Positions 17,838 to 27,216 of a DNA stretch of 48,539 bases are shown one piece after another. The stretch is from contig JAITLJ010000045.1 in the NCBI GenBank assembly GCA_031277925.1, forward strand, positions 1-48,539, read 5' to 3'. The stretch's first letter is position 1, and the number at the start of each line of letters is the position of its first letter. The notes beneath the pieces are model-generated. The model was not told the origin of the DNA, did not search any database, and saw nothing but the letters and a program-made list of their open reading frames with translations. This DNA comes from Prevotellaceae bacterium (GTDB lineage: Bacteria > Bacteroidota > Bacteroidia > Bacteroidales > UBA932). The position numbers and the translations under genes were made by a program.

Positions 17838-20467
17838 AAACGGATAAAAAAAACATATTGACAAAGATACTTTTACATTTGATTTTTTTGTGTATTCCTG
17901 CTGTTGTTGCCGCTGCATTTGCTTTGCGAGGATTGAACGAATATTATGCCATGCTCGAAAATAACTGGTTTGTGCAAACGTGTTTTTTCTTTGCAGGAAT
18001 TGTTACCGCCTGTATTATGTTTAATTTGCGATTGCGTTTTTTGCCGATAACAATTATACTTGTTGTAATTTTGATTATTATACGAACAATAATTTCAAAT
18101 ATCGAATTATTTGAATTTAATACTTTTTTTTATCTCGTCAGATTTCAAGTATTTTCAACGCTTTTCGTAACAGGCTGGATTTGCGGCTGGGGCTTTTCAC
18201 GATTCAAAAATTTTGCGATAATATTTGCTGCAATTATAGCGGTAATTGCAATCTTTATTACTGTTTCAAAATCCGAATTTTCGTTTATAGGAATACTAAA
18301 AACATTTTTGCCGATAATTCTATTTGCCTTTTATATTATTTACATGTCATCGGCAGTTCGCAATGTTATTACGTTTTCGCGCGGACGATTTTATACTTTC
18401 TTACGTAATTTGTTAGGAATAATTCTTTTATTTTTACTTATGATGTCTTTGGTCGGATTGCTGATGAAACCTGCATTTACCGAAATAGAAAAAACATGGG
18501 ACAACAAAACTCGAAAAAATGAATACGAAGGACTGCTCGAACGCAGTAGCGACAGCGCTTACAGAATGAAAGACAAAATGCGTCCGAATCCTACATTCGG
18601 CAGAGCAAAAGACAATCCCGAACCAATGTTTGTTGCATACGTAGATAATTATCTCGACAATGACAGTGAAATTCCTGATCCGCTTTATTTTGTTTCGTAT
18701 TATCTTACAAATTTTGACTCGTTTACCGAAACATTTGAAAAAGATTCTGTAATTCCGTATAACGATTTGTTTCAAACAGCGCCATCCAAAATCGATCTGT
18801 ATTTCAGCCAGACAGATACGGCAATAATGAAAACGGCTTTGGCAGATACGCTTACAAAAATTGTTGATATAGATGTATATAATATTAATTTGTCGCCAAC
18901 AGAATTTGTTGCTCCGTTAACATCGTTCTTTTGCCAGCCCATTGCGATTGAAAACGATTATAAGACGCAATTTAAATCTGCATATCGGGCAAAATCTGTT
19001 GTAAGCGATTTGAACAGCGCATATTTTGTTTATCCTTCGCGCGACGAACTGTTGTTGATATATCAGCAACAACGATATGATATACTTGCAACTGTCGAAA
19101 ATTTTGATGATTTGCCTGAACTTTTTTACAGTTACTATACGCGTTTACCTGATAATGATTTTATTGACAGTTTGAAAAAACTTACCAGCGAAATAACAGC
19201 CAACGCTAAAACTCCAGTCGAAAAAATTATTGCAATTCGCAACCATTTTTTGGCTGTTGACGAATTTGGAGAACCTGTGTTCAAATATACCGAAAATCCC
19301 GGAATACCGGGAATTCCCGGCGCATCAAAACTTGCTCATTTTCTTTTTGACTCGCACAAAGGATATTGTGCGCATTTTGCCGGCGCAACATTGTTTATGC
19401 TGCGCGCCTGCGAAATTCCGGCGCGATTGACAGTAGGCTTTGCAACTGTTGACAGAAGCGATAAAAATAAAGGATGGTACTGGTTTTATGAAGATCAGGC
19501 TCATGCATGGGTTCAGGTATATTTTCCAAAATTCGGCTGGCTTGATTTTGATACTACAGCAGGAAACGATGATATGGAAGAATCGCCGCAACCGGACGGA
19601 ACGCCGCCAATGCAAATAAATAAGGCAAATTTTGCAGGCACAGGGAAAATAACAGCGCTTGACACAGTCAACAAACTGATTGATTTTGCGTTGGAAAAAA
19701 TGATTGTGAACGATAATGAATATATATTTGAAAAATCAAAACAAATAGTTCTTGACATGACAATGGCAAAAATTTTGCGCGATACGGTAAATTTAAAATT
19801 TTCAGAACTTGCGGATAATGATTCAGGTTTGTCGCTTTCGTTTGATGAAACTCTGAAAGATATTAAACCGGCAATAAATACGCCAAAAGATGAAGTTTTT
19901 GAAATGATTCCCAAACCCGTGAAAATAGATGAATTTAGAATTGATGCAGACAAAGACACAGAAAAGAAAAACGAAAAATCAGATATTGACAACAATTTGC
20001 AAAAAGACCATACAAATAAAATTTCGATTTTTGCTGTTTTAGCAATTGTTTTATCTGCAATATTGATCTTAATGATGATTTTTCCTTATATAATTTTCAA
20101 ATATTACAAATATAAATCAAAATTGAAAAGTAAAAATGTAAATATTTTTTATGTTTATAAAACATCGATGTTTTTGCTCAATCAATTAGGTTGCGAGCGC
20201 AAAAATATGACTCCATTACAGTTCGCATCAACCGTTGCAGATAAAAAATATGAAACAGAATTTGAAAAATTTATGATAATATATTTACAATTTAAATATT
20301 CGGATATTGCAATTACATCCGATGAAAAAAAGTTTGTAAGCAAATTTTATTACAATTTTAAAAATAAAATACACACAAAACACAGTAAATTTGAACGTGT
20401 TAAAAGATTTTTGAACTTAAAGCAAACACTAAAATTTTATGCAAATAATTATGGAACAACAAAATGA
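17834..20467 (+). CDS. Polytopic transglutaminase-like protein (TgpA-like)
   Basis: The first ~210 aa contain about 6 hydrophobic helices. The transglutaminase Cys/His/Asp core is KGYCAHFAG ... QAHAWVQVYF ... GWLDFDTT. One further TM helix lies near residue 740. Confidence 0.8.
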   Translation: MKTDKKNILTKILLHLIFLCIPAVVAAAFALRGLNEYYAMLENNWFVQTCFFFAGIVTACIMFNLRLRFLPITIILVVILIIIRTIISNIELFEFNTFFYLVRFQVFSTLFVTGWICGWGFSRFKNFAIIFAAIIAVIAIFITVSKSEFSFIGILKTFLPIILFAFYIIYMSSAVRNVITFSRGRFYTFLRNLLGIILLFLLMMSLVGLLMKPAFTEIEKTWDNKTRKNEYEGLLERSSDSAYRMKDKMRPNPTFGRAKDNPEPMFVAYVDNYLDNDSEIPDPLYFVSYYLTNFDSFTETFEKDSVIPYNDLFQTAPSKIDLYFSQTDTAIMKTALADTLTKIVDIDVYNINLSPTEFVAPLTSFFCQPIAIENDYKTQFKSAYRAKSVVSDLNSAYFVYPSRDELLLIYQQQRYDILATVENFDDLPELFYSYYTRLPDNDFIDSLKKLTSEITANAKTPVEKIIAIRNHFLAVDEFGEPVFKYTENPGIPGIPGASKLAHFLFDSHKGYCAHFAGATLFMLRACEIPARLTVGFATVDRSDKNKGWYWFYEDQAHAWVQVYFPKFGWLDFDTTAGNDDMEESPQPDGTPPMQINKANFAGTGKITALDTVNKLIDFALEKMIVNDNEYIFEKSKQIVLDMTMAKILRDTVNLKFSELADNDSGLSLSFDETLKDIKPAINTPKDEVFEMIPKPVKIDEFRIDADKDTEKKNEKSDIDNNLQKDHTNKISIFAVLAIVLSAILILMMIFPYIIFKYYKYKSKLKSKNVNIFYVYKTSMFLLNQLGCERKNMTPLQFASTVADKKYETEFEKFMIIYLQFKYSDIAITSDEKKFVSKFYYNFKNKIHTKHSKFERVKRFLNLKQTLKFYANNYGTTK

Positions 20468-21452
20468 AACGACCAAACAAAACAACCAGCAATCGCAGAT
20501 AACCAACAAAATACAACTGTTGATTGATAATATTGAAACCGTAATAAAAGGTAAACGCAGCAAAATTGAAATGATTGTAAGCGTACTTTTGGCACGCGGA
20601 CACGTTTTGCTCGAAGATAATCCGGGAACAGGAAAAACTTTGCTGGCTCGAACTTTGGCACAGTCAATTGCAGCAAACAACACAAAAGGCTTGCAATTCA
20701 AACGAATTCAGTTTACGCCCGATTTACTTCCCATGGATTTGATAGGTTCTCATATTTTTGATGATGCAAAAAAAGATTTCATCTTCAAAAAAGGACCTTT
20801 ATTTTGCAATGTTTTGCTGGCAGATGAAATCAATCGCGCCTCGCCAAAAGTGCAGTCGGCATTACTCGAAAGCATGGCTGAAAGTCAAATAAGCATTGGC
20901 GATTTGACTTATAAACTTCAAGATTTGTTTTTCGTGATTGCAACTCAAAATCCAATTGAAATCGAAGGAACATATCCGCTTCCCGAAGCGCAACTCGACA
21001 GGTTTTTTATGAAACTGTCGCTTGATTATGTTGATAGCGAAACCGAAGCCGATATTTACCGCAATTACTTGAAAATTGATGAAAATTTACATGCGATAAA
21101 ACAGGTTTTAAGTTTGAATGATATATTGGAACTGCAAACCGAAACAGATAAAATTTATGTTCACGACGAAATAATTGCATCTGTCAGAAACATTGTTACA
21201 TCTACGCGCAACGATGCCAATATTTTGCTGCCATGTTCAACGCGCAGCGGAATAATATTTATAAAATGTCTGAAAGCATTTGCATTTGTAAACAATCGAC
21301 CATTTGTAATCGAAGACGATATAAAAACGCTTGCACAGCCAATACTTCATCATCGAATTATTTTCAAAAACAGCGATGCGCGCAAAAAAACGCTGCACAG
21401 CCTTGTCGATAAGGAAATCACACGGCTTGCAAAATTGAAGATAAATAATTAA
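20439..21452 (+). CDS. moxR: MoxR-family AAA+ ATPase
   Basis: Walker A is EDNPGTGKT, Walker B is VLLADEINRA, and VIATQNP is present. The length is typical of MoxR. An alternative ATG lies at 20451. The start overlaps the 3' end of the transglutaminase gene. Confidence 0.9.
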   Translation: MQIIMEQQNETTKQNNQQSQITNKIQLLIDNIETVIKGKRSKIEMIVSVLLARGHVLLEDNPGTGKTLLARTLAQSIAANNTKGLQFKRIQFTPDLLPMDLIGSHIFDDAKKDFIFKKGPLFCNVLLADEINRASPKVQSALLESMAESQISIGDLTYKLQDLFFVIATQNPIEIEGTYPLPEAQLDRFFMKLSLDYVDSETEADIYRNYLKIDENLHAIKQVLSLNDILELQTETDKIYVHDEIIASVRNIVTSTRNDANILLPCSTRSGIIFIKCLKAFAFVNNRPFVIEDDIKTLAQPILHHRIIFKNSDARKKTLHSLVDKEITRLAKLKINN

Positions 21453-21563
21453 AGATTTTATTATTATATTTGAGCATGTAAATTAAAAAACATTAACAGA
21501 ATATATAATATTATGAAAGATAATTTGAATTTCTTGTATAAATTTTAAAATGAATAGATTATA

Positions 21564-22253
21564 ATGAACAATATACAACTTTCTTCCATTCCAATAGATT
21601 ATTCGTGGTCATTTTCGGACAAAACGGTTAAGGATACTTCATATATTACGCATGGATATTACACTTATCCTGCAAAATTTATTCCGCAGCTTGCAGAACG
21701 TTTAATTAAGGAAAATTCAAACGAGGGTGATATAGTGATTGACCCTTTTATGGGTAGCGGAACAACAATAGATGTGGCAAAAGAACTTAATCGACAGGTA
21801 ATTGGATATGACTTAAATATTGTTAGGTCGGATGTTATTCAAAATGATGCTCGAAAAATTCCATTAGAAAATAACAATGTAGATTTTGTTTTTATTGACA
21901 GCCCTTATTCCGACAATATATTCTATTCAGATGATCCTTGTTGTATTGGAAAAATATCTTGCGAAAAAGAAGAGTTTTTTGAAGAATTGGAAAAGGTTGC
22001 AAAAGAAATGTATAGAATTTTAAAAGCAAACAAAGTTATAGCATGGTTGATAGAAGACCAATGGATTAAGAAAAAATTCACACCTGTAGGATTTTTATTA
22101 TATCAGCGTCTTGAAAAATATTTTGAACCTATAGATTTGATATGTGTAACTCGCCATAATCAAACTTCAAATACAGGATTATGGCATAATCAAGCAAAAC
22201 GTTTTAATTTTTACTTGCGTGGCTTTAAGTATTTAATGGTAATGAAAAAATAA
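21564..22253 (+). CDS. SAM-dependent N4/N6-type (DPPY-class) methyltransferase with reversed motif order; no adjacent restriction enzyme
   Basis: Motif X/I reads YPAKFIPQLAERLI...VIDPFMGSGTT (aa 35-68). It precedes motif IV, VDFVFIDSPY (aa 106-115). Only 229 aa remain, which leaves little room for a target-recognition domain. Confidence 0.65.
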   Translation: MNNIQLSSIPIDYSWSFSDKTVKDTSYITHGYYTYPAKFIPQLAERLIKENSNEGDIVIDPFMGSGTTIDVAKELNRQVIGYDLNIVRSDVIQNDARKIPLENNNVDFVFIDSPYSDNIFYSDDPCCIGKISCEKEEFFEELEKVAKEMYRILKANKVIAWLIEDQWIKKKFTPVGFLLYQRLEKYFEPIDLICVTRHNQTSNTGLWHNQAKRFNFYLRGFKYLMVMKK

Positions 22254-22265
22254 ATTGAAATAAAA

Positions 22266-24275
22266 ATGTTGAAAAAAAAATACATATTTCTCTGTTTCTT
22301 TGTGATGTACAATATAGCGAATGCACAGTCAAAGGAAGCCGCTCGTTATGAAATTGATGTTAAACGTTTGGATTTAAACTACGAAAATCGCGAAGCGCTG
22401 ATTCGTTCACGCGAATTTATTCGCCTTGATTCAACATATTATGTAGGACATTTGTACGAAGGCGTTTTTAAATACGAGCGGGCAGCCGATTATTCAGGAT
22501 TTAAAAATTGCATCTCCCCGTTGAAAAAAGCGATACGGCTACTTGAAAAAGATTTTTCTGCAAAACTTTCTGCCTCCTATAATTCTTATACAGAATATGA
22601 GCCTCTGCGAATTGTTCAGGCAGATTATGCTCAACTTGTCTTTTGCCTGATGGAGGCATACAGCAATCTGGAATATCCCGATTCGGTGATTAATTTGCTG
22701 CAACATTACCAAACATGGAATTTGCAGCGCGATATGCTGGGAGCCAACAATTATATTGCATGGACAATTCATCGCAACAGATTTTATACAAAAGAAAAAT
22801 ACGATTTCCTCGAAAACTCAATAAAGGAAAACGATAAAAAAGCCCTTTACTATTTGCACAAAAGCCTTGCCGAAACAAACAGAAAAGCCGATTTGAACGA
22901 AAATACCTTTTCAAATCTTGCTATTGAAGGCGACCGATTGAGCGCTTATCATTATCTGGCAATCATTCACGATTACGAAAAAAATGTTGATTCGGCATTC
23001 TATTATTTTAAAAAAATGGAATTTTATACCATTTTTCCATACAATAATTATGCAATATTCTGTTTTGTAAACGGCAATTTTGATGGCGCCGATGCATATT
23101 TCAAAATTTCACGCTCGCGCGAATTGGGCGACAAACGCCTTAAAGAATCAGAATATTACGGCGCAATCATTGAAGTATTAAAAAACAACCCTGTGGCAGC
23201 AATAAAAAGAATAAGCGAAGTGATACGCGAAAACGGAAGTTCGGCAGGCTGGGGCTGGTACAATATCGCACTCGCCCGCAGTTTTATGTATAACGGACAA
23301 ACAGATAAAGCCGAACAGCACTTGCAAAAAGCGCGAAATTTCAAAGAATTGCATATCGGAACAACATGGGGACAAAGTCATTATAACTTTGCAATAAGTT
23401 TTTTGCAAACAATAATCAACAAACAGAAAATTGAAGCCGAAAAGTTTGAAAACCGCAACTACTGGCTGTCGCCCAAATCACTTGCAAATATCACGAGCAA
23501 TAAATTAAAACTCTTTTTAAATCAACTCGTTTTATTAAACCTTTTATCGGCAAATCCCGAACGCGAACAGGTGTTTTTCAATATCTTTTCGTCAGAATCT
23601 ACCGTTACTTTTGACGAAATAATGACGGCTTTGAAAGATGCTTTCAACAACAAATATTTTATGCATTTTTATGAAAAACTTTTTGACCAGTCGAAACGCG
23701 GCTTTATTAAAAAATACATAAGACTGTATCTGGCTTATATTTATACCGAACGCAACGAAAAAGCAAAAGCCTTGCAGCAACTTGACAAAATAACCGACAT
23801 AGAATATATCGACAGCGAATATGAAATTTTATTCCCGGCGCGCATTTATGAACTGTATGCGCAAATATCCGAAACAAAAGAAAAACGCAAGGAGAATCTT
23901 ATAAAATTTTATTACACATATCCGCAACTTGTGCCGTACAGCGGATTGCAAATGAGCTTTCGGCTGGAAGTAAGCAGCAACGGAACAAACAAAACCGAGG
24001 ATGAAATATTAAAAAAACTCCAAAATTACAATATCAACATAGCTGAAAAAAACGAAATTAATGCGCCAAAAGCTAAAATATCATTCACCAACAACGGAAC
24101 AACAGATATACTGGAATTTGAAGTCATTGACTCATCCACAAAAAACATAGTGCCACGTACAAAAATTCACTACGACAACACAGACCTTGCAACACGCAAA
24201 CTTGTTTACGGACTTTTCAATATAATAGAACCCGCACTTACAGTGAACTCGATAACAGCGCCGAATAATTCCTGA
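22266..24275 (+). CDS. Hypothetical secreted helical-repeat (TPR-like) protein
   Basis: The 669-aa ORF has the signal peptide MLKKKYIFLCFFVMYNIANAQ. It is rich in Tyr/Leu/Ala helical-repeat-like segments. It starts 12 nt after the methyltransferase stop. Confidence 0.5.
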   Translation: MLKKKYIFLCFFVMYNIANAQSKEAARYEIDVKRLDLNYENREALIRSREFIRLDSTYYVGHLYEGVFKYERAADYSGFKNCISPLKKAIRLLEKDFSAKLSASYNSYTEYEPLRIVQADYAQLVFCLMEAYSNLEYPDSVINLLQHYQTWNLQRDMLGANNYIAWTIHRNRFYTKEKYDFLENSIKENDKKALYYLHKSLAETNRKADLNENTFSNLAIEGDRLSAYHYLAIIHDYEKNVDSAFYYFKKMEFYTIFPYNNYAIFCFVNGNFDGADAYFKISRSRELGDKRLKESEYYGAIIEVLKNNPVAAIKRISEVIRENGSSAGWGWYNIALARSFMYNGQTDKAEQHLQKARNFKELHIGTTWGQSHYNFAISFLQTIINKQKIEAEKFENRNYWLSPKSLANITSNKLKLFLNQLVLLNLLSANPEREQVFFNIFSSESTVTFDEIMTALKDAFNNKYFMHFYEKLFDQSKRGFIKKYIRLYLAYIYTERNEKAKALQQLDKITDIEYIDSEYEILFPARIYELYAQISETKEKRKENLIKFYYTYPQLVPYSGLQMSFRLEVSSNGTNKTEDEILKKLQNYNINIAEKNEINAPKAKISFTNNGTTDILEFEVIDSSTKNIVPRTKIHYDNTDLATRKLVYGLFNIIEPALTVNSITAPNNS

Positions 24276-24321
24276 TACTGATAATAACCCGCTATCATAT
24301 AGCGCAAATTATATGATTGTT

Positions 24322-25308
24322 TTATTTTATATCAATATTGATTTTAAAATTAAATATGTTTGTCTTGTTATCCTGTGTTACGGATGTTAATGTGAGTTTT
24401 TTTATAAATTTTTCTTTTTCGAGATTAGAAATATATTCCGATATGTTTTCGTAGTTATGGGTGTATCCGCTGATGTAGATTCTGTTTTCGTTCAATTTAG
24501 GCTCTTTGCCTGTTTCAAAAGGTTTTGCCAGCGGTTGCACTGACAGTTCTGAAAGAGTAATTGGTTCGGGCGTTACAATGGCGATTCTGTCACAGGCAAA
24601 TGCAATTTTTATTGGTAAATTTTTACTGTAGCCTGCAATTGCCTGCCGTTTCTGTTGAGTTATATTACTGATTTGTCCGTGTTGTTTTTGCAGAGTCAAT
24701 AATTTTGTATTGTTTTCAGAATATGCATTCGACAGGTTTTGCGAAATAAAGGTATTTGCTATCAATATTATCAATATTAACATTAAAAAAGGCAATTTTA
24801 TTTTATTAAAAAGCATCATTGTCAGCCGCGAACTGTATGTTGAAGGTTTAACAATGTTGCGTGTCGAAAATTTTTCTTTTATTATTTGCGTTATTCTGTT
24901 TTCTAATGTTTGTTCGTCTGCATCGTTGCTCAAACATTCTATTCCTATAATTTTATTTTGTCCTTTTTCTATTTTTTTCAAAAATTTTTCAACCTGTTCT
25001 ATTCGCACAAACGATATGTGTCCTTTGTAATCGAAGTTCCACAAAAAAATATTTTCATCGCCGGTAACGCGCGAAATAATATCTTTATTTGTATCGCAAT
25101 TTTTGGTAATAATGCCGTATCCTTTCAGCAACACGACAACAGGGATTTGTTCTTTTGATGTTTCAACAGATGTAATATCAAAATTTTCGTGTTGTGATAT
25201 AAATTTACCGTTTTTGTATTTTACAAGACAAGCCGACAAATTATCCGCATCGTTAAGCGTAACAAGCAAAATGTGGACCTGATTTAATATCTTTTGAATA
25301 ATTTTCAT
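24322..25308 (-). CDS. Bitopic assembly-like protein of the type IV filament operon (GspL / PilM-PilN-like topology)
   Basis: The 328-aa ORF has a ~165-aa cytoplasmic part, a single TM helix (LPFLMLILIILIANTFI) and a ~130-aa periplasmic part with an alternating beta/alpha pattern. Its start abuts the secretin stop. The call rests on topology and context only. Confidence 0.45.
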   Translation of the reverse strand: MKIIQKILNQVHILLVTLNDADNLSACLVKYKNGKFISQHENFDITSVETSKEQIPVVVLLKGYGIITKNCDTNKDIISRVTGDENIFLWNFDYKGHISFVRIEQVEKFLKKIEKGQNKIIGIECLSNDADEQTLENRITQIIKEKFSTRNIVKPSTYSSRLTMMLFNKIKLPFLMLILIILIANTFISQNLSNAYSENNTKLLTLQKQHGQISNITQQKRQAIAGYSKNLPIKIAFACDRIAIVTPEPITLSELSVQPLAKPFETGKEPKLNENRIYISGYTHNYENISEYISNLEKEKFIKKLTLTSVTQDNKTNIFNFKINIDIK

Positions 25309-27201
25309 TTAGTGTATTATGCTTGGTTTTATGAAAACGTTTAATTTGCGGTCAACTTTATTGTTTTTAGTGCTTCCGAACAGCCATTTTATTACTGGAA
25401 TACGCGCTAAAAACGGAATACCTTTGGATGACTTTTCCTTAGTGTTTTTGTCTATTCCGCCAAGCAAAACCATATCTTCGTTTTGTACAGTGATTTGGGA
25501 TTTGAAACTGCGCGTAATTGACCCGGGCGGAGCGCTTTCTTCTTCGCGTTCGGTAAATTCGCTTTGTTCTATTTCTATTTCAAGCGTAATTTTTTCGTCG
25601 AGGCTTACGTATGGCGTTATTTTTATGCTTAAATTGGCTTCAATATTTTTCCATGTATAAAATTCGGACTGTATGGGATTTTGCGTGCCGAAATAATTAT
25701 TGGTTACTTCTTTATAATATCTGGTTTCACCGCTTTTTAACGAGGCTTCATGTCCGTTTAAGGTTGATAATCGAGGTGTGGACAGCAATTCAACGGTTCC
25801 GTTTTCTTCCAGAAGTTTCAAATCCATATAAAAATTAGGCGTTACTTTTCCCAAATTTACAGAACCGAAACCGTTAAAGCGAGTTATAAGATTGTTTACG
25901 GATGTTGCTCCTAACGACATATCAATGCCCGGGCTGAGAGTTCCTGCCGTAGTTGCAGCCGATTTGCCTATTCCCATGCCTATGCCGATTTCTTTTATAT
26001 CGGATTTCATTACATCTGCTATTATTATTTCTATGGTAATCAATGGCACAGGTTGGTCGATAGATTTCAAAAACGCTTCTACGCGGTATATCGAACGCTG
26101 GTCGCCGCTTACTATAAGGCTGTTCAAATCGGGGAATGTTTTTATTTGCAGTCCTGATTTAATATTCGCAGGAATAATATCTTCAACTTTTGCTACCGAA
26201 CGAAAAGTTAAAAATATGTTTTTTACCGCCGTTATGTTTCTATTTTCCGATGCAACGTTAGATGTTCCAAAGAAATATATTCCGTTTTCTTCATAATAAG
26301 AATATTGTGTTCCTGATAATATGACTGATAATAAAGTTTTGAAATCAACATTATTTACATAAATTCCTGTTTGTCCGCCGACAGGCGTTATGAAAAAGTG
26401 ATTTAACAGCATTTTATTACAAAGTTCCGTAATAATATCCTGAATATTGCCTTGTCCTATGTGAGCCGTAATCATTCCTGCAGAATCAACAGAAAGCTGG
26501 TCGGCTTGAAAACTTGTTCTGAATATGTATGGTGTTGACGTTCGACCATTGTTTTCGTTTGCAGTTGCTGCTGTGTTTTGCGTAAATGTCCAAACGCCTT
26601 TTGAATCCTTGTCAGCCAGCAAACCATTAACTGATGCCAGCGTTTGTAGTGCATCGTCCATCGGCAGTGATTTTGCATATCCGTAGATCTGGTAATTATA
26701 CAGGTTTTGTGGAATTATCACATTTACAGTTGTTGCTTCGGTAATTTTTTTAGATAGATTTATAAGTTTGTCGCCGTTCAGGTCGAAACTTAATGTTTGG
26801 CTGTCATTATTATATTCGACTGTGTTTTTAGGCGCTTCGGGAAGCGGTGGCTTCACAGGAAAAATTGATACAATGTTGCCTGTTACGCTTATTTCAAGAT
26901 TATATTCATTGCATAAAAATTCTATTAAATCTGCAATTTTTAATTTTGCAAAGTTGCAGTTAACGATAATATTTTCAGCACCTTTGATATTAAGGTTTAC
27001 TCCGCTAATGGTAGCCACGTTTCTCAATAAGTCGGTAAGCGTTGATTTTCCTGCCGAAATATCAATTTCCTTATCAAAAGTCGGGTCAATCTGTATTACT
27101 TGCTTTAATTTTTGTGAAACAGTAATATTTTGTAATGTATCCTGTGCCGAAAGGAATATGGATACGAATGTTAACAATAACAGTAATTTTATATTTTTCA
27201 T
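25309..27201 (-). CDS. Secretin (GspD/PilQ family outer-membrane channel)
   Basis: A signal peptide is followed by STN/N0-like segments (LTDLLRNVATISGVNLNI). The secretin-domain onset is PLITIEIIIADV. The conserved C-terminus is GIPFLARIPVIKWLFGS...NVFIKPSII. Confidence 0.85.
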   Translation of the reverse strand: MKNIKLLLLLTFVSIFLSAQDTLQNITVSQKLKQVIQIDPTFDKEIDISAGKSTLTDLLRNVATISGVNLNIKGAENIIVNCNFAKLKIADLIEFLCNEYNLEISVTGNIVSIFPVKPPLPEAPKNTVEYNNDSQTLSFDLNGDKLINLSKKITEATTVNVIIPQNLYNYQIYGYAKSLPMDDALQTLASVNGLLADKDSKGVWTFTQNTAATANENNGRTSTPYIFRTSFQADQLSVDSAGMITAHIGQGNIQDIITELCNKMLLNHFFITPVGGQTGIYVNNVDFKTLLSVILSGTQYSYYEENGIYFFGTSNVASENRNITAVKNIFLTFRSVAKVEDIIPANIKSGLQIKTFPDLNSLIVSGDQRSIYRVEAFLKSIDQPVPLITIEIIIADVMKSDIKEIGIGMGIGKSAATTAGTLSPGIDMSLGATSVNNLITRFNGFGSVNLGKVTPNFYMDLKLLEENGTVELLSTPRLSTLNGHEASLKSGETRYYKEVTNNYFGTQNPIQSEFYTWKNIEANLSIKITPYVSLDEKITLEIEIEQSEFTEREEESAPPGSITRSFKSQITVQNEDMVLLGGIDKNTKEKSSKGIPFLARIPVIKWLFGSTKNNKVDRKLNVFIKPSIIH

Positions 27202-27216
27202 AATCGTTTTATTTTT

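Noticed and set aside
22271-22280. A9 homopolymer in codons 3-5 of the 669-aa gene, considered as a phase-variable tract
   Set aside because: Lys-rich signal-peptide n-regions routinely give A-runs in genomes this AT-rich. Similar A8/T8 runs are common across the window.
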